From the human T2T-CHM13v2.0 reference genome, Homo sapiens: a stretch of DNA of 64,000 nt. Positions 51,855 through 64,000 of this stretch are shown one piece after another. The notes under the pieces are model-generated. The model searched no databases. It saw only the letters and a list, made by a program, of their open reading frames with translations, and was not told the origin of the DNA. Both the position numbers and the translations under genes were made by a program. Positions within the stretch are counted from its first letter, which is position 1. Each line of letters opens with the position of its first letter. Where the stretch lies: the NCBI RefSeq assembly GCF_009914755.1, contig NC_060933.1; one strand, written 5' to 3'.

Positions 51855-53575
51855 CAGTGGTAATTTAAACATATTTCCACAAATTTTTTGAGACTCCTCC
51901 CTCTAGGACATGAGGTTTCATTTCCTTCCCTTTAAGTTTAGACTGGAATTAGTGATTTGCTTCTAACAAATGGAGTGTGGCAAGGGAAAACTGGGAACTT
52001 TATGATGGAGAAACCTGGCAGACACTGCCTTGACCAAACAATTAAGGTTAACAGCAATGGTAACATTGATACGTTGTACCCAGCATTGGCTTCATAGATG
52101 TGTAACCTGTGTAGCCAGACAGCTGCATGCTTGGTAGGGCCCGCACACTTGGTTTAATGCTCTGCTCTTGGCATCTTGAAATTCTTAATAATTTTATCTT
52201 TGGACTTATATTCTATGAATGATGAGTGAAGTGTGATGGGAAAATGGAGCTTGTCTGTGAGCAGAGAGGATGATGTCCAATTTGAATGTCTACTAATCTT
52301 TGCCACCTGATTTACAAGTAGCTAGGATGCCCATGAGCACAGGATTTCAGGGAGCCCGTGGTGCATGGAAGTTCAGCCCAAAGCAAGGTACAAGGGAAAT
52401 GTCAATACACTTACTAACATCTATGACTTAGTAAGCAGGGACAATGACAGCACTTAGAAACCATACTTCCTTTCAAACGAGAACATTCTTTGAACACAGA
52501 AGGAAAGCAGTGGTGTTCTCTGAAACATAAATCACCATGAAATCCTATCACATCCTTTTTTACCCATGTTACTTCCATGTTTCAGCTAATTATGCTGAAA
52601 ATGATATAACAAAAGGAAAGTGAAATGCAGGGCAACCAATGTTTCTTTGCTTTTCAGTCCTTTCTTATTCATCAATAAACTGCAGGTGGAGTGTTGGTAG
52701 AACATGTGCATATCAAGATGCAAAATAAAAAAACAGTTGAGTTCATTTTGTGCACCATCTCTGTTGTTTGGGTAAAAATGAGACACATTCGTGTACAAAG
52801 TTCAAAATACTAATTGTGCAATTTTGGTGATTCTGCATATGAGTTAATGCTCTTATATATATACTTAAGACTGTCTTGCACAATATAAAGATAAATAATA
52901 AAATTTGTTAATAAGTTAAAATGTTATATTTTATTTAGAATAATATTAAATAGCAAATAAAAAACATCATGACAAGTTGAGAGATAAAAGCTTTATATAT
53001 TATTATCTTTAATACATTTTTTCCTGCTTTTTGAACAAGTGGCTTTACATTTTTACTTTTACTGGTCCCTGCAAATTATGCAGCCAACCCTAGCTATACA
53101 CCTAATACGATGGTATCTCCTCTTTGATAGACCTCCTCAAAATACTTAACTCTAGTATAACCATAAATGTCTGATGAACCCAAACTGAGGGACATTCTCA
53201 AAACACGTGAACAATATCCTTCAAATGTGTCAAGATCATAAGAGGCAAAGGAAAGACCAAAATCCATCACAGATTGTAGGAGATTAAGGAGATAAAATGA
53301 TGTAATGTAACAGGGTATTAGATTATGGAACAGAAAAAGATGACATTAGTTATTATAAAACAGAAAAAAATGACATTAGTAAAAAAAAACTGTTAAAATC
53401 CAAATAAAAGTCTTTGTTTTATTTAATAGTATTGTACTCATGTTAGTTTCTTAGTATTAATAAATGAATCATGGGTATTAAACTGTTAACGAGAAGTTCG
53501 GTGGCAAGTATACAGAAACTCTGTGTACTATCGTCTCAACTCGTCTGTAAATCTATTTTAAAATAACTTTTTAAA
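51855..53575 (+). mobile_element. L1MC/MD-type 3' UTR split by a DNA transposon
   Basis: GGAGAAACCTGGCAGACACTGCCTTGACCAA ... CCCAAACTGAGGGACATTCT ... AACTCTGTGTACTATC. Confidence 0.75.
52081..53092 (+). mobile_element. Arthur1/MER69-like hAT-Tip100 transposon fossil
   Basis: CTTGGTTTAATGCTCTGCT ... CTTGAAATTCTTAATAATT at the left end; TTTTTGAACAAG ... GCAAATTATGCAGCC at the right end; degenerate 8-bp TSD. Confidence 0.75.
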
Positions 53576-54419
53576 AAGCATTATCTTCAGGTCTACCATG
53601 TGCAGAAAACCGCTATCAATGTGTTCATGTATGTATTCTCCTTTAATCCTGGTAACAGCACTATGCTGTATATGCATGAGCTCCATTTCACAATCAGGAG
53701 GAGGAAAACAAACTCAGAATGTCGAAGGAACCATCTGAAACTTTAAATATCTAAACTAATGCAGCCTTAATCCCAAGTCTGATGATCTCTTTGTGCTCTG
53801 AACTTATTATTTATTCCTCATTGTCTCCCAAACAAAATCTGAAGTCATGGGTCTTGTAAACCCAGGTTTTCTTTATCTTACTTTAGTTCCAGACTTAAAT
53901 TATTTTCCACTGTATTGCTTCACACATGCAGCTTCCCAGTAAATTTAGCTCCTCTCTGATCAGTAGACACAGCCTGTATTTTCCCTGCTTTATGTTCACA
54001 TTCACTTTCCTCCTTCCGCCTACCTTTTCCTTTCTTCTCTACCTGAAATGTCCACGAGCCCAAATCTCACTTGACCTTTATGATGCAGCTCTAGAGCTCC
54101 TTCCTCCTTTAAATCTTCCTTTCTCTTTATTCTGAAGTGGTCTCTCTCTCTCTTCCCTTAAATTTAATACCATGATGTGAATTCCATATGATTAAGAATA
54201 ACAAAAACAATAACAACACATGATATTAGTAAGCATTTACTAAGATCATGCATGTATAATCTCACTGTATCCCCACAACTGTCCTCTAAAGTCAATATTA
54301 TTGTTATATCTACTTTACAGATTAAAAACCGAGGTTTGTAGAATTTAAGCAAATTGCACAAGGTTGCAGAGCTACCAGTAATGATACCACAAAATTATAT
54401 AATTTATGGATAACAGATT

Positions 54420-54885
54420 TTTATTTTAAAACATATATTTGACAAATAAAAGCTATATATATAGTTTATATATATTTATATTTATATATAGTTTATATAT
54501 ATTTATATTTATATATATTTATGTAGTATTATATACATATATATTCAAGGTGTACAATGTGATGATTAGGCATACATAAAAATTGTATAATCATGACTGG
54601 AATGAAATTAATGAACACATCCATTGATACCCATAGTTACCATTTTTGTTTTCTGTGTATTTGTGGTAAGGACACTTAAAATCTTCTCTTATCAAATTTC
54701 AAGTAAACAATACAATATTATTAACAATAATCACCAAGTTTTACATTAAATCCTTATAACTTATTCATCTTATAATTGAATGTTTGTATCCTTTGACCAA
54801 CATCTCACCATTTTCCCCACCTTCTAGCCCCTGGCAACGACTCTTCTACTCTCTGTTTCTATTAGCTCAATGTTTTTAGACTCCT
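54420..54885 (-). mobile_element. L1MA(9/10)-type 3' end with an internal AT-rich tandem repeat
   Basis: TTCAAGGTGTACAATGTGATG ... CCTTTGACCAACATCTC; repeated TATATATAGTTTATATATATTTATATT. Confidence 0.85.
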
Positions 54886-55202
54886 TAAAGGCCAACTAAC
54901 TGACCAGCCTTCTAATGCTTCGATTTTCTTTAGGGTATCAGAAGCCTGAGGCCCCGAATTATGAAAATGGCTTCTCCAAGGTTACAAAGCAAGTCGGTTG
55001 TAGAGATGAATTAAAACCCTACAATCCTAACACAGGGTTCTCTCTGACATGCCAGGCTGCAGTTTCACACATTTTTGTCTATGAATATCTTCAGCCCATC
55101 AGAAGTGCTAGCAGACTATCATGACAACTCAAAGATGAAGGCTTCCCGCTATCCTCAGGAGAGTGGAAACTGCCTGTTCTTGAGAGAATTTTTGACCTAT
55201 AG

Positions 55203-55390
55203 CAATGGTCTTCAACCTATAGTACCCAGACCAGCAGCAGCAGCATCACCTGGCCACTTGTTTGAAATGCAAATTATTGATTCCCACCCAAGACTCACTA
55301 AATTATGAACTCTGGGGTTTGGGGCCCAGGACTCTGCTTAATAAACTTTCTGGGTAATTACATTATTTGCTAAAGTTTGAGAACTACCAT
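55203..55390. mobile_element. MER5A MITE
   Basis: GACCAGCAGCAGCAGCATCACCTGG ... GAAATGCAAATT ... CTAAAGTTTGAGAACTAC. Confidence 0.88.
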
Positions 55391-55981
55391 ACTAGGGCAG
55401 ATTCTATGGCACAAATAGAGATGTATGTTACCAACAGCAACAATCCTGTGATCTGTCTGAGCTACTGTAGTTGCATTGTTTGTTTCACGAGGCACCTGGT
55501 TTTCCTTTTCCTTAATAGACCACTTGTCCATTAGCATCTGAATTGAAAGAAACAGGTGAGAGGAACATTTCCAGCTGGAGCAGGGTCAGCATCTTGGCTT
55601 TAGCTGCCTCAAATCTATTCTTTCCCTTCCTCCTGGGTGAGACTTGCCATATGGGTGCTCAGTATAAAAAGGTTATTGCAGAAAATGTAAAGGATTCTTT
55701 TTGCGGGTATGAGAAACAGTGCATTCTTCAAGATCTTGCTAATGCAGCCGTGCCTTGATCTTCCTACCCTGAAAGGGAAGATTGAATGATGTTTTTAAAT
55801 CCTTTCTTCTTCTGTAATAAAATTGCATCCACACTTGGCTTTCGCAGTGTCTCCCTCTGTTGGTGGAGTCTCCTTCCCTGCCCCTTTGATGTTGACGTTG
55901 TCTTGATAAATTGTCTCGACCAGTGGAATGTTGACAGACACAACATGAGAGGAGGCTTTAAATTTGTTTGTATATCATTTT

Positions 55982-56351
55982 TGTTTTCATCAGTGTAGGC
56001 TGATATGACAAATATACTATAGACTAGGTGGCTTAGATAACAAACATTTATTTCTCATAGTTCTGGAAACTGGAAAGCTAAAGATCAAGGAACGGGCAGA
56101 TCTGGTGCTTGGTAAGGCACTCTTCCTGGTTTTCAGATGGCTGTCTTCTTGTATGATCACACGACAGAGACAGAATAGAGAAGAAGCAAGCACTCTCATG
56201 ACTATTCTTATAAGGGCACTAATTTTATCATGCGACTCCACCCTCATTCTATAATGACTTCTTAAAGGCCCCATCTGTAAATACCATCACAATGGGGATT
56301 AGGGTTTTAACATATGAATTTTAGAAGAACACAAACATTCAGTCCATAGCA
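55982..56351 (-). mobile_element. MLT1A/MSTD-like solo LTR nested in an older MLT1 remnant (~55820-56570)
   Basis: CATTTATTTCTCATAGTTCTGGA ... ACAAACATTCAGTCCATAGCA. Confidence 0.87.
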
Positions 56352-56771
56352 TATATCATAATCCCATTAATCTCATAGAGCCACCATAAGAGTATGTCCC
56401 AGATAGCCAAAGAGAGGTATGGGGCATATGGATCATAACAGAACCCAACTCTTAGCATAAAGCTAAGTCCAAATGATCCCAGTGAAGCAGGGCCAACTCA
56501 AATCTTCATGAGCAAGAAAATAAATGTTTGTTGCAAGCCACTGAGCTTTTTACCAGCAGTAACTAGTACGCTGAGAGAGTCTCAGGATCTACCAAAGATA
56601 TCTACTGCAGCTGACCCTCACAAAAGAGGACAAATATAAGCAGTTCCAGGCCCTTCATAAGGAGGTCTTAGAATATGATCATAACGATTACCAGAGGGAA
56701 TTCTGCTTCTGCTTAGGATGTGCAAGTTCAAGACAGACCACTGCGTCCACAACTAAAACTAACAGAAAATA

Positions 56772-57083
56772 GGCCGGGCACGGTGGCTCATTCCTGTAAT
56801 CCCAGCATTTTGGAAGGCTGAGGCAGGCAGATCACTTGAGGTCAGCAGTTCAAGACCAGCCTGGCCAACAGGATGAAACCCCGTCTCCACCAAAAAATAC
56901 AAAAATTAGCCGGGTGTGGTGGTGCACACCTATAATCCCAGATCCTCGGGAGGCTGACGCACAAGAATTGCCTGAACCTGGGAGGCAGAGGTTGTAGTGA
57001 ACTGAGATCATGATACTACACTCCAGCCTGGGCAAAAGAGCAACAATAAACAAGCAAACAAAGCCAGAAAAAAAAAAAAAAAA
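56772..57083 (+). mobile_element. AluS (Sz/Sx-like)
   Basis: GGCCGGGCACGG start; TSD ACAGAAAATA. Confidence 0.95.
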
Positions 57084-57089
57084 CACAGA

Positions 57090-58270
57090 AAATAGTATAT
57101 AGGTTTCAAATACATTAGTTAACTACAAATACAAAGAAATCTAAAAGAATTAAATTCCAGAGAGAGTTGAGCTTTTCTATGTGAGCATAGTGTCTGCTTT
57201 CTTCCCTGGCAGTATCTGCCATGTCTACCCATGAAAGGGTGGAAGACTATACCTTCCTTCTGCAGACAGTCCTGTAGGGGTTAGGAATAAGCCAGCAAAT
57301 CTTTTCAATCCATTGTGCCAGGCCATGTGAAAATTAAATTTGTGAGACTCCAATTCCAACAACACAACACTAATTCTCCCCACCCACTGATTCTTCCCCA
57401 CCAGACTTTGGCTGAGTGCATGGTCAAATTTTGGGAGGTAGAGGGCTGGGATGGAAAGAGAACAATTTCCCTTTATAATATGGTCCTCAGAGCTCAAAGT
57501 CTTCCTAGAGATGGGGGCTGGTAACAATTGCAACACCTTATCTTGGCCATACACATTTGAAACAAGAGGTGAACTAAAAGTAAATAAAGCTGCAGCCCAG
57601 ATGTGACCTAACTCAACCCATGATTGAATCTAATTGAAGTCATCATTCCTTTACTCTGGTTTTCTGACTTAGTAAAGAGTTTGCCCCTCTTGGATAAAGT
57701 AATATTTTCTCCAGTCCCTAGAGTTGTTTAAATCACAATACATGGCATGCAATAAAATTTCAAGTTATGCAAAGGAGCAGGAAACTGTTACCCATAAACA
57801 AGAGGGGAAAATAGCCAAAACAGCAGACCCAGGCATGACCCAGCTATTAGAACTAGCAGATAATGGCCTCCAAAAAAAATTATAAATATTAAAAGAACTT
57901 AGAAGAGTGAAAAATAGATTAAAAAAAGAATTTGATAGAGAAACAGAATCTCTTATAACAGATCCAAATATACTCACTAAAACGGAAAGGTGCCATATCT
58001 AAAACTGAGAATTATATTGGATATGTCTAACAGCAGACCTGACACAGTTGAATAAAGGAACAATGAATTCAAACACAAATCAATAGAAATTATCCAACCT
58101 GAAGCACACAGGGAAAAAATAAAGAAAAAGACACATGTGGGACAATAGCAAATGGTCTAATTGGAGTCCCAAAAGGAAAGAATGGAACAGAAGAAATATT
58201 AAGGGAAATAATGGTGAAGCATTTTCCAAGATTTAGGAAATAGGCCAAACTATAGGTTCAATAATATCTT
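57090..58270 (+). mobile_element. Old L1M 5'/ORF1 region
   Basis: CAGCTATTAGAACTAGCAGA, ATCAATAGAAATTATCCAACCTGAAG, TAATTGGAGTCCCAAAAGG; left boundary uncertain. Confidence 0.65.
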
Positions 58271-58469
58271 GGAAACTCAATCAAATTGAAGACAATCCTA
58301 GCCAATCTCAAGGCGCCAGAGATGACCACTGGGTATGTTAATTTCCCCTTGCATTGGAATCTGTCCTCCCTCCATTAACTCCTATGGACTGACATCCAGA
58401 CTTTACTGCCTAATCTAGTGGAACCCTCACTGTACTGAAGAGATCCAGCATGGGAGCTACCAGTGCCTC

Positions 58470-58887
58470 TGTGTTAGTTCATTTTGCCTTGTTATAAAGG
58501 AATGTCTGAGGCTGGGTAATTTATAAAGAAAAGAGGTTTATTTGGCTCATGGTTCTGCAGGCAGTACAAGCATGACACCAGCATCTGATTCAGGCGAGGC
58601 CTCAGGAAGTTACCAGTCATGATGGAAGATGAATGGGGAGCCAGCATATCACATGATTAGAGAGGGAGCAAGAGAGAGAGGGAGGAGGTGCCAGGCTCTT
58701 TTAAACAACCAGATCTCATGTGAACTCATAAAGTAAGAACTCACTCACTGCCATGAGGACAGCACCAAGCCATTCATAAGGAATCCACCCCCATGACTCA
58801 AACAATTCCCACTAGCCCCTATCTCCAACACTGGAGGTCACAATTCAACATGAAATTTGGAGGAGACAAAACATCCAAACCATGTCA
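58470..58887 (-). mobile_element. MSTB-like solo LTR
   Basis: TGTGTTAGTTC ... ACATCCAAACCATGTCA; perfect TSD GCCTC. Confidence 0.94.
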
Positions 58888-59729
58888 GCCTCTGTCACTG
58901 TCTAAGTCAGACTAATCTGAGCCTACATAAAGTCATCAAGGGAAGTGGTGTTTGGTTATTCTTTGCATAAAAATGCCACTTGTGTAGTAAACTGGATTCA
59001 GAGGCAATCCCTGCATAAATGGCCAGTGACCCCTAGTTTGCCATGAAGCCAAGTTTTTGCTCAGTAGGAATACTTTTAGTTAGCTAACTAATCTACCAGG
59101 ATTAAAAAAAGGAAAGAACTAGTTAATTCAAAACAACAGAAAAATAAAGCATTAGATTTAGAGATGAAAAAACTACATAATAAAGAGACCACATAAGCCT
59201 AGAAGAAATAGCTCATGGAGCCACCCCAGATTTCTAATTCATTCAATCTGTGCAAGATATAGAGCATGCAAGTCTTTGCAAGATACAGAGCATGAAAGTT
59301 ACATTTGCAAGGTACTACAACAAATGCTTCTAGAGTTTCTCTTGTCTTTGCCAACATAAGCAAAGCTATGGTCCAGCTGGAACATGCCCATCTGTTGACC
59401 CCATGGTTAGTCTCTGTCTAGGACACAATTCTGCCATCCATAGCCCACTGCAATGATCCTATGACCTAAGGTTCCTATAACATCAGGAAATTGCCCTGGA
59501 TCCGTCTTCTTCCCTCACTCCATGCTGCAGGTCCTAATGATTGTGGACACATGCACACACACCCCAACCTCCTAAGCCCTTTTTAGGTATGCCTGTAGGC
59601 ATTAATTCAAATAAACAAGTATTAACTGAACACCAATGCTGCACAAACCACTGTACTACTTGAGGTAAGTAGATACAATAAATAAATACTTTTTGTATGA
59701 AAACTCAGATTAATCAATAGATGAAGTCC

Positions 59730-59863
59730 AGGGAGCTTTGTTTTAAAGGATTCTGAAGACTTTTCCAAACATTTTGGTAAGGAATGTTGTGATTGATTAT
59801 CAATGTCTGCCTGGAGCAAGACATGAGGGAAAGGCAGGCAGAACATTGCATACTTGCCATCCT
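59730..59863. mobile_element. MER102-like hAT fragment within an L2 relic
   Basis: AAAGGATTCTGAAG ... GTGATTGATTATCAATGTCTGCC ... TACTTGCCATCCT. Confidence 0.6.
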
Positions 59864-60816
59864 AACTAAAGGAGATATAAACACATATTAAGGGATTTCT
59901 TGTCCCAAAGAATCTCTCAGTCTAGTGGGAAAGACAGACAAATACATAAATAACTAAACCACAAGGCACACAAGCCCACAGTGAAATATTAACAAACTTC
60001 TATGATGATATTTTGGAGAAAAAATGTACTTGACAGTGAGGATTGAGAAAAGTCTTGGAGAAGCAGTGAAATTTGAGCTGAACTTTAAGTGGAATTAAAT
60101 CATCTGTGAATTCAGGTGAAAGTTACAACTGAAAGGGGTTTTTGGATATTTGGTTTTCTGTTTTTTTTCTGTTTCAGATCCAGCATTTCATTTTGGACTT
60201 TACGTGTTCTACACCCTTGCGTTATTAGAGTTGAGGAAGCTAATGTCAAATGTCACTCCTGACTTCCTTCTCTAATTATTTTAGGACATTCTGTGTCTCT
60301 CCGGCCATGCCAGGCATGTTCCCACTTTCAACCCATCCTTCAGCACTTCAAGGGTCTGAGATCCATTTCCAGGATTCATGGACAGAAGATTCCTGTTGGC
60401 TCACAGTGTAGTCATTGGTCATGCCATTGTGTGTCGATCACCTTCCTTGAAACATAAGATTTTCCTTATCACAAAACACATGAATACCTTTGAACTGAAA
60501 TGGTTTGTGAATTTAATTTGTCATTTTTTTGCATCAGAGGCTGTCTTTCTGGTGAGATATAGGTGTGGGAGCCAAAAGAAGTTAAACTCGCCACTGTGTG
60601 CATTGGAGCAGGTCATCCTTGAAACCGTGTAGGGTAAAGAGACTAGAGAGCATCTGTGTTCAGATTCTGTCTTCGCTTTGATCTGAGACATCCAGAAAAA
60701 TCACATTTCCTCTGAGTTATTATTTTATCATGTGCCATTTGAAAACATTGGAGAAGATGATCTATATGTGCTCCTCTGACATAAATTTCTGTGATGTCTA
60801 TAAAAGGGATAGCTCT

Positions 60817-61117
60817 GGCTGGGCGCGGTGGCTCACGCCTGTAATCCCAGCACTTTGGGAGGCCAAGGCAGGCAGATCACGAGGTCAGGAATTCGAGACC
60901 AACCTGACCAACATGGTAAAACCCCATCTCTACTGAAAATACAAAAATTAGCCATGCGTGGTGGTGCACGCCGGTAATCCCAGCTACTCAGGAGGCTGAG
61001 GCAGGAGAATCACTTGAACCCGGGAGGCAGAGGTTTTTCAGTGAACCGAGATCGCACCACTGCACTCCAGCCTGGGCAACAGAGCAAGACTCTGTCAAGA
61101 AAAAAAAAAAAAAAAGA
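60817..61117 (+). mobile_element. AluSg-like SINE
   Basis: GATCACGAGGTCAGGAATTCGAGACC, A tail, degenerate TSD ending ATA(G/A)CTCT. Confidence 0.95.
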
Positions 61118-61281
61118 ATGGCATAACTCTATCAGACAGTGAAGGGTGTGGATATTTGGATAGAGGTTAAAATCAGACATTGCGAAGCTGCTTCAAGTCA
61201 CCTTCCTTGTGATGGTCATGAATTCTGTTATTCCTGTTAGAAGGGTTGAAGGCCTAAGCCATTCTTTCTGTTCTTTGCCAG

Positions 61282-61407
61282 GGAACTCAAGATCTGCAGA
61301 GTGTGTGCCACCTAACTACTCATAGGTTGTAGGCAGGAGAGAGATGAAATAGAAATATGTAGCTGGATCTGCACAGATGGCAGTCCCTGAATTAGCCACC
61401 TGCCATG
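61282..61407 (+). other. Candidate spliced exon (non-coding or 5' UTR)
   Basis: Acceptor TTCTTTCTGTTCTTTGCCAG|G and donor ATG|GTAAGC in non-repeat DNA; stop codons in all three frames. Confidence 0.3.
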
Positions 61408-61799
61408 GTAAGCATATGACTGACCATAGAACAAAGAAAGGGTAAAAGGGAGCACTGTGCCTGTGTATGGAATAAGTTACACAGTAACCCTGCTCACTGG
61501 TAAAAAGTATTGCAATGAATGTCCTGGGCAGAGCTAGGAAAGAAGTGAGCAGATGGGCAGAGGCACAGGAAGTCAGTTTCAAAACTTTCCCTCAAACTCA
61601 TGAGATCCAGCCAGCAACTGCCTGAGAACTTGGCACATCAGGGCAACACTCAACAGTCATTTTCATTTTGAAAGCACAGAAAAAAATACAAGAAAAGCAA
61701 TAACAACAACCAAAGCAAAGTAATATATGAATCATTTGAGAATAATTAAGTAGTAGTTTTCTTTTGACTAATTACAAATGTATTTAGAGTTTAGAGAAG

Positions 61800-62480
61800 A
61801 AAGGTCAAATGAGCCGGAGAGATTAACAAAACCCTCCGGGATGAGACTGGATTTGAAGTGATCTTGAAGAATAGGAGGGGATATTAGAAAAAGTGGTAAT
61901 AAGCTTTACAAGTGTAAGGGATAAGATCTGAATACATATATACACTATTACAACAGGAAAATACCAAGAGAATACATTTCAGGAAAGGTAAGAAAATAAG
62001 CAAAGGCACAGAACTGGGACTCAACGTGGCTTGTTTGGGAATGAGAAGAATAATCCCAACAACACTGGTGAGCAGAGGACATGGGGAGGTGTCTGGAGGG
62101 ATGGGGTGAAGTTAGGTTTTGGAGACAGTGAAGTTTGGACTTACCTAGAAGCCAACAGTAAGATTTATTGACAGAAAATAGGAAACAGGGGAGTGACAAT
62201 ATAAGAGCAGGATTTTAAGAAAATAATTCTTGTGGCTCATGAAAGAGGAATTGGCATTGAGGGGCTGGCTTGGAGATTGCTGCAGAAATCCAGCCAGAGG
62301 TATTGAAGACCTACAACACATGGTTAGAGGCTCAAAAATATCCATAAGCTGAATGGTTGAATCCTGGATTGAAGAATGGCTGCAGAAATGGAGATAAAAT
62401 GTCAACTCAGAGAGGCAATTTAAATGAATAGGTGTCACGTCTCAATGACAAATTGGATACCCAAGTGAATAATTTTATGA
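61800..62480 (-). mobile_element. Degenerate L2
   Basis: GATTTGAAGTGATCTTGAAGAATAGG, AGCAAAGGCACAGA, GAAGTTTGGACTT; boundaries approximate. Confidence 0.55.
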
Positions 62481-64000
62481 AATATCTCTCTAGATGTATA
62501 TGTGTACCTTAAATGACTTCCTATATACTTTTCTCAAGGAAATGATATATAATTCCAATTTGGAACTAGATTTCACTTTAGGTCTAATTCAAGCAACAAG
62601 GATTAAACGACTGACTTCCTAATGCAAATTTTTGCTCCAGCCAATGGCAGGAACTCCAACATAACCAGTGAGGAAGTTGTTCATGATGGTTCTCATCCAA
62701 TTTGGCAGGCTCCATCACCTCAAAGTTTCCCAAGGAACTCACCAAATCTGGGTTATGTGAGAAGAGAATTTGGAAAGGGGATGCCCTTTTCGAGAGCCTT
62801 CCTAGATATTGTATTGTCACATTGAAACCTCACATCAACCCTATTGATATGACACACAGATCTTCCTGTTTAACGGCAAAGAAACAGTTACAGAAAGAAA
62901 GTGAGAATGAGGCAGGGCCAGCCAGCCAGGTTGTGGATGCACATAAGATCCAGTTTGCTCTTCTCTAAACACATACTTTTCCCTATACAATTCAGGGATT
63001 ATGCTTTCAAACCCAGGGGCATATTTATTCTTTGATTCAAAGTGGCATGCTGTAAATAACTCTCTCTTTCCAAGTGCCCAGACACTAGTCTTTATAAATA
63101 AAAAGAAAAAAAAAGACATGACTGGGGAGTTCCCTGTAGGACAAGAGTCCTTTCTCTAGCGTGACTTGATCCAAAATAAAGTCTAAAAAGAAGCTTTTGT
63201 TCAAAAGGACGCTGTTAGAAATGTGCACCTCTTTTCTTCCAAGCTGCATATGCACCTGTTCCTCAGTCACCTTTGTGCATTCCTCTTCTCAATGGATGTG
63301 TGTTCTGAACTTTGCCTTGATTGATTCCAGAGGATTTTATGTTTAGACTTAGCTCATGGCTGGATCCAGGGGACCTTGTCTTACTTCTCTTCTAGGGCAT
63401 CATCTATTGAATTGACCTGTATCATCTGAAAGGCAGCAAATGTGGTGATGTTTTGAATGCAGCAAGACCATCTCTGCTGTCTCCATAATTTGCTTCAGCT
63501 TCCTATTTCCTCTTCCAAAGAATCCTAGGATGTAATCGCCATGATGTAGAGGAAGGAAGCAGGCAAAGTGGGCACAGAAACGTGGGCTACAGCACATAGC
63601 CAGTGCACCGACAAAGAGTGGAGCTGAATAAGAAAGCATATCTAAAGTTCCTCAGGTCTTATGAATGCTGAGCTTCTATCAGAACATGTGTCAGCTGCAG
63701 CCTGCCAGGGAGCATACCAGGCTGAGGGGCAAAAATGCAATGGCTACTCCCTAAATGTAGGATGGAAAGGAAAATGTACATACCTTTGCTGGTGAGTGTG
63801 TGTGGTGTGGGGGCTTAAATAAGAACAGGGTTTGGGGAAAAATTAGGGTTTCACCAATAAATATTCATCGATACCTTTGTGTTTGTCAGGATAATATGCT
63901 AGTTGGTAAGGATATAGCAAAGAAGATAGAATTCATGTTGGAGACTGGCACTAATGTGATCACACAAATATCATAAACTGTGTTTAATGAAGGAAAAAAT

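Noticed and set aside
54455-54545. Regularly repeated AT-rich units, superficially array-like
   Set aside because: Low-complexity (TA)n-derived tandem repeat in an L1 3' end; no unique spacers, so not CRISPR-like

Overview
Primate (human-like) intronic or intergenic DNA, AT-rich and dominated by interspersed repeats. I found no credible cellular protein-coding exon, RNA gene, CpG island or CRISPR/prokaryotic feature. Content: about 14 Alu copies or fragments; several L1s, including a near full-length ancient L1M at ~40.1-50.1 kb carrying at least seven nested insertions and a young 5'-truncated L1PA with an open ORF2 C-terminus; many MIR, L2 and L3 relics; MaLR/ERVL/ERV1 solo LTRs (MLT1, MST, THE1, MLT2, LTR33, MER50-like); and DNA-transposon fossils (MER5, MER20, MER3, MER102, Tigger3b, Arthur1-like). 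Subfamily names come from recalled consensus sequences, not a database search, and old-repeat boundaries are approximate. I see no new biological system. The best observations are small structural oddities: a 46-bp inverted templated copy of an LTR/L1 junction; a tail-less Alu with a duplicated B box; a TSD-flanked Alu monomer with a non-Alu 3' end; an Alu tail turned into a 193-nt (AAAGG)n/(AGGGG)n tract; a micro-retroinsertion; a probable ancient L1 3' transduction; and a few candidate non-coding exons and enhancer/CTCF motifs.
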